From NCBI RefSeq assembly GCF_009914755.1, contig NC_060937.1: 64,000 nucleotides of DNA. One strand, written 5' to 3'. Position numbers and translations under genes: made by a program. Shown in pieces: positions 14,747-35,859 of the stretch (its first letter is position 1; each line of letters opens with the position of its first letter). Source of the DNA: the human T2T-CHM13v2.0 reference genome, Homo sapiens. Below the pieces are notes generated by a model, which was not told the origin of the DNA, did not search any database, and saw only the letters and a program-made list of their open reading frames with translations.

Positions 14747-16239
14747 GTCTTTGGCTGATGTCAGCATTCCTAGCATATGTCTGTTTCCAGGGTCTGGCTA
14801 CCCAGACTGTGGCCCTCAGTGTGCAAAATGTGCATGTGCAGATCTCTTGATCCATTTCTTCTTACTTAGGGAAACTAGGTGTCTCAAGAAATTATTTCAT
14901 GAATCTTGCTTTTGGTGTTGCATATAAAAGCTCATTGGCAAATCCAAGTTCATCTAGATTTTCTGCTGTTATCTTCTAGAAGTTTTCTAGTTTGGCACTT
15001 TTCTTTTCTTTTTTTTTTTCCCCAGAGACAGATCCTCCCTCTGTTGCCTAGGCTGGAGTGCAGTGGTACAGTCATGGCTCACCACAGTCTCAAATTCCTG
15101 GGCTCAAGCGATCCTCCTGCCTCAGCCTCCCGAGTAGAAGGACGAGAGGTGCATGCCACCACACCTAGATAGTTTTGCACTTTTTACATTTCAGTCTGTG
15201 ATCGTTTTGATTTGTAAAAGGTAAGGTCATAGAACATTTGTGTTTTGTAAAAGGTGTAAGGTCACTTTCCGCCTTTCTCCACACAACCACTTGCAAGCCA
15301 TTCCCCCTCTACCTTGTGTAAAATCTGGTTTCTTTGACATTCCCTACATGTTCTCATCGCCCCCATCCACCAGCCACCCAAGACCTCCCTCATTCCTGTG
15401 GTTCTTGCCTTCATCTTCAGTGACTTCCAGCATCCTGAGCTATGGCCTGGCCTAATGCCCTGGCTGGTCACTACTAACATTTTTAGAAGTTCTGTTTGTA
15501 ATGATCTACATATGAGCACTGAAATTAAAAGAAAAAGTGAAGAATTTTTGCCTATATTTGGAAACTTTCCTTTCAATAGGTAATAAGCAGAAAGACAAAG
15601 CAAGAGAACTCTGCCTGGGTATTATGAAAAATAAATGCACTGAAGGAGAAGATCTTCCTATTTTAGATTAGTCATAAGGAAGAAATCCAGGAAAACCTCT
15701 TCTGCCGTGCTAGCTAGGGAGGAGTGGGGTGACAGTTAAGATGTCTCACGACACTTGCATCCAGACATGGCCAGGTAGACAGAGGGTGGCCCAATCAAAA
15801 GGGGCGCCAGCGGCCAGGTGCAGTGACTCATGCCTGTAATCCCAGCACTTTGGGAGGCAGAGGCAGGTGGATCACCTGAGCTTAGGAGTTCGAGACAAGC
15901 CTGGGCAGCACAGCAGAAACCCCATCTCTACAAAAAAATATACAGAAATTAGCCAGGTGTGGTGGTGTGTACCTGTAATGCTGGCTACTTGGGAGTCTGA
16001 GGCATGACAATCACTTGAACCCAGGAGGTGGATGTTGCAGTGAGCCCAGACTGCACCATGGCACTCCAGCCTGGATGACAGAACAAGACTCTGTCTCAGA
16101 AGAAAGGGACACCAGCTCTAAGCAGCTGATTTGCTTATACCAGGTATCCAGCAAATATCTGCCCTACAGACCAGAACAGTATGAGAGGTCTCAATTCTGG
16201 AAAGATATTGCTGGAGTTGGCATTGGAAGCAGAGAAGGC

Positions 16240-16665
16240 TAATTGTCTTCCTGTGTCAATTCCCAGGATTTGATTCTGGCCAGCCATCCAGCTGGAGTGC
16301 ACACCCTTGCATCTGGGAGTGGCCATGACACTCATTTCTAGCCAATGGAATGTAAGTAGATTTGATGATTGCAACTTCCAGGTCAGGTCCTCAAAAAGGG
16401 AAACAACTTACTTACTGCATCCTACCATTTTCCTTACTCATGGGCTTTGAGTCACCTCCACCCTGTAGCAGATGGCACACCCTGGTGCAGCTGCAGGCCC
16501 CAAGACAAAAGGGTGTCCCTGGATGAAATGGAACAAAAACACCTACTCACCCAGAACCACCTGCCCACTTTCAGGCTGCTAAGTGAGAAAGAAATATGCT
16601 TTATCTTGTTTGAGCTACTGCATATTTGGAGTATTTTTGTGACAGCAACTTAGCCAGTATTGTAA
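16240..16665 (+). mobile_element. MLT1-type MaLR LTR remnant
   Basis: TCTAGCCAATGGAATGTAAGTAGA...GTTTGAGCTACTGCATATTTGG...GTGACAGCAAC pattern; boundaries approximate. Confidence 0.5.
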
Positions 16666-17443
16666 AGAAACAGCATTGTATCTGTCTTAAGAGAACGACA
16701 CCCTAGTGGCACCAACACTACTCCTCCATTCCTCCCCAGGACTACAAGGAGATAAAGCCCACACTGCAAACCCCATCAGGCCTGAGAATTATACTCAGAC
16801 CTGAGGCTGGGCAAGGGGAATAGGCAACTGAGCAATTGGTATCATTTCCCATTTTAAACAAATTAAAGAAAAAAACGCATCTCTCAACCTCACTTTGTCA
16901 CCTGCCCTTCAGCCGTCACTGGGTTCATTCCTAACCTTTACAGATTTGTCCAGGGTGGCTTATCTTCCTATCTCACCCTGCAGTCTACTCTCTCACTAGT
17001 ATTATCTCATGCTTCCTTCTGTCTAGCACTATTCCAAAATTCTCATCCAAAGACCACTTTTTTGGGGTTTTTGTTTGTTTGTTTTTAGAGAGAGACAGGG
17101 TCTTGCTTTGTTGCCCAGGCTGGTCTTGAACCCCTGGCTTCAAGTGATCCTCCTGCCTCAGCCTCTGAAAGTGTTGGGATTACAGGTGTGAGCCACCACA
17201 CCTGCTCCAAAAACCATTTTTTAGTCCTTATCTTTCTATACCTCTCAAAAGCTTTTTTTTTTTTAATTTTTTTTTATTTTTAGAAACAGGTCTTGCCCTG
17301 TCACCCAGGCTAGAGTGCAGTGGCACGATCGTAGCTCACTGTATAGTCTTGAACTCCTGAACTCAAGTGATCCTCCCACCTGAGCCTCTCAAAGCACTGT
17401 GATTACAGGTGTACCACCATACCTGGCTAATTTTTTTTTTTAA

Positions 17444-17566
<123 letters not shown>

Positions 17567-18234
17567 TAGCTTTCTATATTCTTAATCATGTAAGTATATA
17601 GATTGGTGATTTTTCACAAATTGAACACAAGAAACTGACGTCCAAGTCAAGAAATAAAACCCCACACCCCAGAAGCCTCCTTCCCACTTCCTTCCAACCA
17701 TGCCTGTTTGTGTACTTGGTATTAGTGGAATCACACAGTATGTGGTTGCTTGTGTCCAGCATATTTTGCTTAACATTGTGTTTCTGCCATTCAGCCACGT
17801 CAGGAAACCACCCCGATACCTACCACAGAATGAGTAATTACATTGATATCCATGTGTACCAAGTGTCAGTTTAGGGCTGTCCTGAATGGCGTGCTCTAAG
17901 CAATATTCTAGCGCAATGCCCGTGACTTTACTGCGCACGCCCACCGCTCCTTCCTCCTCCATTCTGCCTTTGTTTTTGCCTCCAATTTGGCCAGTCATTC
18001 CCAGGCTCATTTGCAGGCCCTTCCTCTGCCATTTCCTAAGTGATGGCAGGGCTCAGGATCGCAAGCCATTTTCTAACTCTACATTCTTTTCTGGTGTCCT
18101 CATCCCCTCATGGATTAATTGTCATCAACAGGTTGGTTGTTTTCTAATCTTATCTCAAGTCCAGATCTCTCTCTTGAGCTCCTCTTGGCCCAAATATCCA
18201 TTTGGGCATTCTGTTATTTCCTTTTTTCTTTTTT

Positions 18235-21474
<3,240 letters not shown>

Positions 21475-21624
21475 TAATTTTTTTTTGTATTTTTAGTAGA
21501 GATGGGGTTTCGCCATGTTGGCCGCGCTGGTCTTCAACCCCTGGCCTCAAGTGATCTGCCCGCCTCAGCCTCCCACAGTGCTGGGATTACGGGCGTGAGC
21601 CACCGCACCTGGCCAAGAATTTTA

Positions 21625-21811
21625 TTTTTAAATGAAAAATCAAATTTGTATATACTTGTTGTATACATGTTGTTTTGAAATATGTATACAATGTGGAATG
21701 GCTAAATTGAGCTAAATAACATATGCATTACCACACCTACTTATCCTTTTTTTGGTGTGGTGAGAACACAAAATCTACTCTTTTAGCAATTGGTTTCAAG
21801 AATACAATACA
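21625..21811 (-). mobile_element. L1MA-type 3' terminal fragment abutting the L1PA tail
   Basis: ATGTATACAATGTGGAATGGCTAAATTGAGCTAA...GTGAGAACAC...AATACAATAC matches remembered L1MA 3'-end sequence. Confidence 0.65.
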
Positions 21812-22040
21812 TTTTTTTTCTATGTCTTTTTTTTTTTTATACTTTAAGTTCTAGGGTGCATGTGCACAATGTGCAGGTTTGTTACATATGTATACATGTG
21901 CCATGTTGGTGTGCTGTACCCTTTAACTCGTCATTTACATTAGGTATATCTCCTAATGCTATCCCTCCCTCCTTCCCCCAACCCCATGACAGGCCCCGGA
22001 GCGTGATGTTCCCCTTCCTGTGTCCAAGTGTTCTCATTGT

Positions 22041-25874
<3,834 letters not shown>

Positions 25875-25922
25875 TTATTTTGCTCGTTAGTTGATGCAGT
25901 TTCTTCCCAGTCTCGATGGTCT

Positions 25923-26936
25923 TTACAATTTGGCATGTTTTTGCAGTGGCTGGTACCGGTTGTTCCTTTCCATGTTTAGTGCTTCCTTCAGGAGCTCTTG
26001 TAGAGCAGGCCTGGTGGTGAGAAAATCTCTCAGCATTTGCTTGTCTGTAAAGGATTTTATTTCTCCTTCACTTCTGAAGCTTAGTTTGGCTGGACGTGAA
26101 ATTCTGGGTTGAAAATTATTTTCTTTAAGAATGTTGAATATTGGCCCCCACTCTCTTCTGGCTTGTAGAATTTCTGCCGAGAGATCAGCTGTTAGTCTGA
26201 TGGGCTTCCCTTTGTGGGTAACCTGACCTTTCTCTCTGGCTGCCCTTAACATTTTCTCCTTCATTTCACCTTCGGTGAATCTGAGAATTATGTGTGTTGG
26301 AGTTGCTCTTCTTGAGGATTATCTTTGTGGCATTCTCTGTATTTCCTGAATCTGAATGTTGGCTTGCCTTGCTAGACTGGGGAAGTTCTCCTGGATAATA
26401 TCCTGCAGAGTGTTTTCCAACTTGGTTCCATTCTCCCCGTCACTTTCAGGTACACCAGTGAGACGTAGATTTGGTCTTTTCACATAGTCCCATATTTCTT
26501 GGAGGCTTTGTTTGTTTCTTTTTATTCTTTTTTCTCTAAACTTCTCTTCTCTCTTCATTTCATTCATTTGATCTTCCATCACTGATACCCTTTCTTGCAG
26601 TTGATCGAATCAGCTACTGAGGCTTGTGCGTTCGTCACGTAGTTCTCGTGCCTTGGTTTTCAGCTCCATCAGGTCCTTTAAGGACTTCTCTGCATTGGTT
26701 ATTCTAGTTAGCCATTCGTCTAATCTTTTTTCAAGGTTTTTAACTTCTTTGCTATGGGTTTGAACTTCCTCCTTTAGCTCGGAGTAGTTTGATCGTCTGA
26801 AGCCTTCTCTCAACTTGTCAAAGTCATTCTCCATCCAGCTTTGTTCCGTTGCTGGTGAGGAGCTGCGTTCCTTTGGAGGAGGAGAGGAGCTCTGATTTTT
26901 AGATTTTTCAGTTTTTCTGCTCTGTTTTTTCCCCAT
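25923..26936 (-). pseudogene. L1 ORF1p, disrupted
   Basis: MGKKQSRKTEKSKNQS... start; later fragments ...YVKRPNLRL... and ...RPALQELLKEALNMERNNRYQPLQKHAKL; split into three track ORFs. Confidence 0.92.
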
Positions 26937-27967
26937 CTTTGTGGTTTTATCTACTTTTGGTCTTTGATGATGGTGACATACAGATGGGGTTTTGGTGTGG
27001 ATGTCCTTTCTGTTTGTTAGTTTTCCTTCTAACAGTCAGGACTCTCAGCTGCAGGTCTGTTGGAGTTTGCCAGAGGTCCACTCCAGACCCTGTTTGCCTG
27101 GGTATCAGCAGCGGAGGCTGCAGAACAGCGGATATTGGTGAACAGCAAATCTTGCTGCCTGATCGTTCCTCTGAAAGTTTTGTCTCAGAGGAGTACCCGG
27201 CTGTGTGAGGTGTCAGTCTGCCCCTACTGGGGGGTGCCTCCCAGTTAGGCTACTCGGGGGTCAGGGACCCACTTGAGGAGGCAGTCTCTCCGTTCTCAGA
27301 TCTCCAGCTGCGTGTGGGGAGAACCACTACTCTCTTCAAAGCTGTCAGACAGGGACATTTAAGTCTGCAGAGGTTTCTGCTGCCTTTTGTTTGGCTATGC
27401 CCTGCCTCCAGAGGTGGAGTCTACAGAGGCAGGCAGGTCTCCTTGAGCTGCAGTGGGCTCCACCCAGTTTGAGCTTCCCAGCTGCTTTGTTTACCTCCTC
27501 AAGCCTCAGCAATGGCGGGCGCCCCTCCCCCATCCTCTATGCCGCCTTGCAGTTCAATCTCAGATTGCTGTGCTAGCAATGAGTGAGGCTCCATTGGCGT
27601 AGGACCCTCCAAGCCATGTGCAGGATATAATCTCCTGGTGTGCCGTTTGCTAAGACTGTCGGAAAAGCGCAGTATTAGGGTGGGGGTGACCCGATTTTCC
27701 AGGTGCCGTCCGTCACCCCTAGGAAAGGGAATTCCCCTACCCCTTGCACTTCCTGGGTGAGGCAATGCCTCGCCCTGCTTCGGCTCAGGCTCGGTGCACT
27801 GCACCCAGTGTCCCGCACCCACTGTCCTGCACCCACTGTCCGACAGTCCCCAGTGAGATGCACCCAGTACCTCAGTTGGAAATGCAGAAATCATTCGTCT
27901 TCTGCATTGCTCATGCTGGGAGCTGCAGACTGGAGCTGTTCGTATTCGGCCATCTTGGCTCCACCTC

Positions 27968-29430
27968 AGTCACTTTTCTTTTGTTGCTTTCAAAATTCTC
28001 TTTGCAATTTTGACAATATGTGATTATAGTATGACTCTATATAGGTTTTGCTGAGATTATTTTTATTGGAGTTTGTTGAGCTTCTTGAATTTGTATGGCA
28101 ATTTCTTTCCTCAAATTTGGGAAATTTGGGGTCTGATATGGGTTGGCTGTGTCTCACCCAAATCTCATCTTGAATTGTAACTCTCACAATTCCCATGTGT
28201 TGTGGGAGGAACCTGGTGGAGGTGATTGAATTATAAGGGTGGGTCTTTCCTGTGATGTTCTCATGATGGTGAGTGAGTCTCATGAGATCTGATGGTTTTT
28301 AAAAAAACGGGAGTTTTCCTGCACAAGCTCTCTTCTCTTGTCTGCTACAATGTGAGATGCGCCTTTCACCTTTCGCCATGATTGTGAGGTCTCCCCAGCC
28401 ACATGGAACTGTAAGTCCAATATATCTCTTTCTTTTGTAAACTGCCCAGCCTCAGGTATGTCTTTATCAGCAGCATGAAAACAGACTAATACAGGGTCAT
28501 TATTTCTTCAAGTAGGATCTCAATGCTGTCTCTCTTCTATGTTTGGGATATCCGTAGTCCATATGTTGTTTCATTCGATGTTGTCCCATAAGCTCCTTAA
28601 GTTCCCTTCATTTTTCTTCATTTTTTTCCCTCTGACTCAATAATTTCAAATGAACTGTTTTCAAAGTTACTGACTCTTTCTTCTCTTTGATCAAGTATGA
28701 ACCCTCCAGTCAATTTTTCCATTCAGTTATTATATTCTTCAGCTCCAGAATTTTCATTTGGTTCTTTTCTATAGTTTCTGTCTCTTTGTTGATACCCTCA
28801 TTTTGTACATGCATTGTTTTCCTGATTTTGTTTTGTGGTGTATGTTCTCTTTTAGCTCATTGAGCATCTTTAGGATGATTATTTTGGATTATTTGTCAGG
28901 TAATTAAGAGATCTCCATATCTTTAGGGTCAGTTTCTAGAGATTTATTGTATTTATTTGGGCCATGTTTCTCCGCTTCTTTGTATGCTTGCAATCTTTTT
29001 TTAAGCGTTGGGCATTTCAGGCTGGCTTTATACAGGGTAAGACCTTCACCAGTCAACCCGCTAGAGATTCTAGGGCTTTTTCTAACTTCTTTTTGGCAAT
29101 AAGTCTTTTCTGGGCTGTGGATATAATTCCTCAAAGGTTTGCTTGCCTCTTTTCTGCAGCCCATAATCTCTTGCTCCCCTTGGTGTCTGTCTGTGGTACT
29201 ACAGTCTTATTGTTGCCATAACAAGCTGTGGCACTCACCTTTGATCTCAGTGACCCCAGCCTGGCATTTAAACCGCTGTTTCCATCAGCACTCCAAGTCA
29301 GGAGAGATAGAAATCTGCTCCTTGGGCGAACTGTCAAAAGGCCTGCGCATTGGACTCATGGTTGGTTCCCTTCTCTTTTTCTCTCTTGAGGGAGAAGAGG
29401 ATTGGAAATTTTCTTCCAATTATACCACAG
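27968..29430 (-). mobile_element. Old L1M ORF1/5' region remnant containing a THE1 LTR
   Basis: Degenerate ORF1-like - strand translations (ENFPKFEE-like, KSLETDPKDMEI); T-rich + strand typical of antisense L1. Confidence 0.55.
28134..28493 (+). mobile_element. THE1B-like MaLR solo LTR
   Basis: TGATATGGGTTGGCTGTGTC...ACAGACTAATACA; perfect 5-bp TSD GGGTC (28129-28133 and 28494-28498). Confidence 0.88.
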
Positions 29431-29453
29431 TGTGCTAGGGATAATAGGTAGGG

Positions 29454-29850
29454 TGACAAATAATCTCTCCTTGGCCACACTTTAGTCAGATTCCTCTGAA
29501 CCCTCTACTTAACCAGGACTTGACCTTTGAGCTCCTGTATTCATCTTTGCATCACAAAACTATTTCTTGCAGTTTTAGCAAGAATCCTCCACTCTTGACA
29601 TCTAATCAAATTCATCATCCTCCACCATCCTCCAGATGACATTCGATCATCCTGGTCTGCCTTCAGCAAGAATCCTGTCAAATCAGTTTTACCAGAATGT
29701 CACCCTTCCCTTGACGTTGCCTCTTAGTAATTTTCCATCCAATGCCCGCCTCTACCCCCACCCCACCACCACCCTGCACTCTGCTCTTTGACTGTAAATC
29801 CCCACTTGTCTTGCTGTAACTATGACAATTGTCCTTGCTGTTCTCTACCA
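29454..29850 (+). mobile_element. MER31-like ERV1 LTR remnant
   Basis: TGACA...CTCTCCTTGGCCACACTTTAGTCAG start and repeated GCAAGAATCCT motifs characteristic of MER31; right boundary approximate. Confidence 0.55.
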
Positions 29851-30146
29851 GTGGCAAGTAAAATGCCACACCGTTTCCTACCTGTTTCATTGCGTCTCTT
29901 GGCTTTGTGCACCTTTGGGTGCTGCAAACTCTCAACTGGTTTTTGGAGTTCTCAGGCAATTTTGTCCATATGATGTTGTTAAGTTGATGTCTCTATGGGA
30001 GAATGAGGGTCTGGGGTTTCCTATTCTCCATCTTGCTTATATCACTCAGCACACTGTTACTTCATAAGTACATCAAAACTGGACTTTTTTGTTTTGTTTT
30101 TTTGGAGATGGAGTCTCACTCTGTTGCCCAGGCTGGAGTGGAGTGA

Positions 30147-30290
<144 letters not shown>

Positions 30291-30747
30291 TAGCCAGGCC
30301 GATCTCAAACTCCTGACCTCAGGTGATCCACCTACCTGGGGCCTTCCAAAGTGCTGGGATTACAGGCGTGAGCCACCATGCCCGGCCCAAAACTGGACTT
30401 TTTTGATCTTCCTCTCCAAAACCTGCTTTACCACGGTGTTCCTTAAACAACAGAAAGACAACACCTGCTGCCATACAGTACTTAAACTAGAAACTTAGGA
30501 ATCATCCTTACCTCTGCCCTCTCCTGCCATGTCAAATTATTAACCAAGTATTCTTGATTTTGCTTCATAAATAGTTATCAAATCTGCCCCCATCTCTTTA
30601 CTGCCACACAAAGCCATCCCTTTTCATTTGGATGATTATTAACAGTCTCTTTAGGCCGGGCGCGGTGGCTCACAACTGTAATCCCAGCACTTTGGGAAGC
30701 TGAGGCGGGCGGATTACAAGGTCAGGAGATCGAGACCATCCTGGCTA

Positions 30748-31077
<330 letters not shown>

Positions 31078-32979
31078 TCAGCCTACCTAGTAGCTGGGAC
31101 TATAGGCATGCAGCATGGTGCCTGGTTAATTTTTTTAACTTTTGCTGACATGATGTCTCACTATGTTATGTTGCCTAGGCTGGTCTCAAACTCCTGACCT
31201 CAAGCAATCTTCCCACTTCGGCCTTTAAAATCACGCTGGGATTACAGGCGTGAGCCACCATGCCTGGTTTATAACAATCTCTTAATTGGCTTTCCTGACT
31301 TTAACTCCTTCAATTTAATCTCCATAGTGTAGGTAGAGCAATTCTAAAATGCATATGTGGCCCTGTCATTCTGCCACTTAAAACCTTTCAGTGTCTCTCT
31401 ACTGTCTTAGAAATAAATTCTAGCCTCTTTTACAAAGGTTACACAGCTATTTATTGTTTACAATCCCCTGCTCACCCCTCCAGACTCACAAAACAAATAG
31501 TTATTTGGTCCAAAATGTCAATAATGTGTGTCAGGGTTGAGAAATCTAGTCCTAGAGGATGGGCTCCAGAAAATGAAGGAGTCAGCCATGAAAGAGGAAG
31601 AAACGGAACCCCCACAATAAGAGATCCAACAGGAGAAGGAAGCAAAAGAAATCCCCAGGATTTATACATTATAAATTAAGAGCAGTGACCAACACCAAGT
31701 TATTCCTGCTGCTGTTGGACATCTCCAACTTTGAAGGCTTCCACATTAGCCTGGTGCTTATCTTTCCTTCTTTCATTTTCCTAATGGTTAGGCTATTCCT
31801 GTGCCCACTGTCAGTGGTGACGGGGCAGCCTGAGAATCATATTCTGGGATTTCTGTCAGCTTTAGCCTTGGAGCTGGTCCAGAGAGGAACAAACTTCAGA
31901 TGCTCTGAAAGTCTTAATATGGGCCAGGCATGGTGGCTCACACCTGTAATCTCAGCACTTTGGGAGTCCAAGGCAGGCACACTGCTTGAGCCCAGGCGTT
32001 TGAGACCAGCCTGGGCAAGATGGTGAGACCCCATCCCTACAGAAAAATACAAAAAATCAGCTGGGATAGTGGCACATGCCAGTAGTCCCAGCTACTCAGG
32101 AGGCTGAGGTGGGAGGATCACCTGAGCTTGGGAGGTTGAGGCTTTAGTGAGCCATGATAATGCTATTGCACTCCAGCCTGGGTGACAGATTGAGACTCGG
32201 TCTCAAAAAAAAAAAAAAGAAAAAGGAATAGAAAGTCACAATCTGAAATCGATGGGACTGAGAGCCTCTCACATAGAAAAGTTGATCCTGCTGAAAAAGT
32301 GGATTAAAAAGGAATTTAGGGTCTTGCTTGTTGGTTGCTTCTGTCCGTGGAGTCTTGCATTTCAGTTTCCCTATTAGGAGGCTGGATTGGTAAAAGCCTA
32401 CCCTGAGTGCCAGACTAGTCTGGGAGGAGTCTTACTACCGGGTTGTTGAGGCTCTTGTTTACACCTTGGGGAAACAGGCTTCCTGTAACTCTACCTGACT
32501 ATTCTAGCAGACTTAGAATAGATGACGGGGGAGTGGACAGCTGGCAGCCAATAGCACCACTCTGTCTCTGCAACTGTAAAACTAAATTAACCAGGAATTT
32601 ATCTGAGAGCTGTTGGGGTCTAGAAAAAGAACATCAGAACAAACCTAAAGAAATTGACAAAAAGGAATAATGAAGATAAAACAAAATAAGGAATTAAAGG
32701 AAAAAGTCAAATAGCAATAGATTGCTAGGTAAAACCAAGGGCTTATTCCAAAAAATAAACAAACCCTTGGTAAACCTGAGCAAGGAACAATTAAGAGAAC
32801 CCAGGCGGGGCACGGTGGCTCACACCTGTAATCCTAGCACTTTGGGAGGCTGAGGCGGGTAGATTGCCTGAGCTCAGGAGTTCGAGGCCAGCCTAGGCAA
32901 CATGGTGAAACCCCATCTATACTAAAATACAAAAAATTAGCCGGGCGTGGCAGCATACACGTGAAGTCTCAGCGACTCA

Positions 32980-33081
<102 letters not shown>

Positions 33082-33308
33082 TCAAAAAAAAAAAAAAAAA
33101 AAAAAAAAGAGAGAAAACCCAAATACAGAACACCAGATATGAAGAAGGGGGAAAATACATATATGAATGAAATTAAAGAATTATAAGAGGCCAGACATGG
33201 TGGCTCATGTCTGTAATCTCAATACTTTGGGAGGCTGAGGCAGAAGCATCACTTGAGGCCAGGAGTTAGAGACCAGCCTGGGCAACATAGCGTGATCCTG
33301 CCTCTTCA

Positions 33309-33509
<201 letters not shown>

Positions 33510-34547
33510 TTATGCCCATACATTTCAAAATCTCAGTGAAATGAACAGATTTCTGGGAAAATAAATAAATTATCAAAATTAGAACAAGATGTAAAAAGCC
33601 TGAATAACCTCATAATCTGTAGGGGAACTGCTCCATGATGGCCCTGGTCACCTTGCACTGTCATCATAGGACATACGGGCAAAAGCTTAAACCACAGCTA
33701 TCCTGAGTCCTGTGATACTCCTGGAACACAAAAGGATGGGGCTTGAGAGGAGCTGCCATGGGGCTTCTCCCACCTGCCTCCTTTTCCCCACCAAGGATGC
33801 TGCCAGAGAGTTTCTTGTGGCCATCCAGTTCTGATGAGGTCTAAGGCTCAGGCTAAAAATCTCTGCAGCTGCAGTCTAACATCAGCTCCTCAGCAACGTG
33901 GTTATCTCACAACTCATTTCACAGTGATCTAGCTCCTTTTGCTTCCATGTTCATTTTGGGGTGTGGGACAAGGACCATGGGGAACTGACATATTTGACTA
34001 CCCTTCCTTTTGCTGTTTATGTAAGTAATAAACCATCTAAATCTAAAGAGGGGCCGGGTGTGCTGTCTCACACCTGTAATCCCAGCACTTTGGAGGCTGA
34101 GGTAGGCGGATCATTTGAGGTCAGGAGTTGGAGACCAGCCTGGCCAACATGGTGAAACCCCATCTCTACTAAAAATACAAAAATTCGCTGGTCCTAGTGG
34201 CAGGCACCTGTAATCCCAGCTACTTGGGAGGCTTGAGCTCTGGAGGCGGAGGTTGCAGTGAGCCAAGATCGCACCACTCTACTCTAACATGGGCATCAGA
34301 GCAAGACTGTTTCAAAAAAGTTAAAGAAATTAAAGAAAAATAAATCTAAAGAAGGCTTGTTACGTCTTTCCTGGCTGGATCTGTTAGGTGATTTGGTCTT
34401 GCCTGCCCTGTGCTTGACATATTCACAGCAGATCAACTGTCTTTTCTTGGTTGGCCAGATTAAGTTATTTAAAAGATTGCAAGTGCCCAGTAGCACAGAG
34501 AGCATGGGTAAACACATACTTCCTTACATATTACTGGAAACAAATAC

Positions 34548-34848
34548 AGTTGGTCCTCCAACTGCAGATCATTATGCGTATGATGGTTGCATCTGTACTG
34601 ACCCATGTACACACTTTTTTTCTTGTCATTATTCTGTAAACAATACAGTATAACAAGTATTTACATAGCATTTACATTGGATTAGCTATTATAAGTAATC
34701 TAGAGATGATTAAAATATATGGGAGGATGTTCATAGGTTATATGCAAATAGTACACCGTTTTGTATCAGGGACTTGAGCATCTTTGAAGTTTGGTGTCTG
34801 CAGGACATTCTGAAACTAATTGCCCGTGGACATCAAGGGAGATTATAC
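34548..34848 (-). mobile_element. MER2 (Tigger-family) DNA transposon fossil
   Basis: Reverse of the MER2 consensus (TTCTTGTCATTATT...TAAGTAATCTAGAGATGAT...GGGACTTGAGCATC). Confidence 0.7.
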
Positions 34849-34876
34849 AAGTGAAACAAAATTTGGCAATAGCTAT

Positions 34877-35273
34877 TGTCTTTGTCTGTTTTCTGTTGCT
34901 TATAACAGAATACCTGAAAATGGGTAATCTATAAACAAATAAAATTTATTTCTTACAGTTCTAGAGGCTGGATCCAAGGTTAAGGGAGGGGCATCTAGTG
35001 AGGGCCTTCTTGCTGGTGGGGACTCTCTCCAGAGTCTCAAGGCAGTGCAAGGCATCACCTGGCAGGAGGCAACACGTGCCAGCTGAGGTTTCTCTTCCCC
35101 CCTTACAAAGCCACTAGTCCCACTCCCATGGTAAGCCATTAACTCATTAATCCATTAATCCAGAATGGATTAATCCATTTATGAGGGACACGCCCTCATA
35201 ATTCAATCACCTCTTAAAGGCCCTGCTTCATGTGAAATGAGTTTGGGAAAGAAAAAACATTCAAACAGTAACA
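34877..35273 (-). mobile_element. MST/MLT1A-type MaLR LTR
   Basis: TGTTGCTTATAACAGAATACCTGA...TTTATTTCTTACAGTTCTAGAGGCTGG...CACCTCTTAAAGGCCC pattern. Confidence 0.65.
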
Positions 35274-35859
35274 TCTATCGAAATTTAAATCACTACTTTC
35301 TTTCACTCATAAATTCTACTAATAAGAATTTCACTTCTAGAAATTTATCTTACAGAAATATAGACACACACACATGCACTATATATATCACAGTTTATAC
35401 GTAGCACCATATATTATATATGTAGCAGTTGTAAAACAATATGCAATAGAGCCCATTTTAAAGATTATGTTCACATGGGGTCAGGCACAGTGGCTCACGC
35501 CTGTAATCTCAGCACTTTGAGAGGCCGAGACAGGTGGGTCACTTGAGGTCAGGAGTTTCAGACCAGCCTGGGCAACATGGCAAAACCTCATCTCTACAAA
35601 AATACAAAAATTAGCCAGGCGTAGTGGCCTGTGCCTGTAGTCCCAGCTACCCGGGAGACTGAGGTGGGAGGATCACTTGAGCCCAGGAGTTCAAGGTTGT
35701 ACTGAGCTATGACCATACCACTGCACTCCAGCCCAAATGACCAAAAAAAAAAAAAAAAAGATTATGTGTGTGTTGGTGCTTCTATGTGTATAGGCTAAAA
35801 ATTTGTGATGTCATATTACAAATTGGTTATCTTTGATGAATGGGAACTTTATTTCTAAA

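Noticed and set aside
33618-34420. Possible ERV LTR remnant (TG...CA, interrupted by an Alu)
   Set aside because: I could not assign a family or a TSD confidently, so it is not reported as a feature.
35138-35182. Repeated and palindromic CATTAATCC / GGATTAAT motif
   Set aside because: Lies inside the MST/MLT1A LTR and resembles that consensus; not an independent structure.
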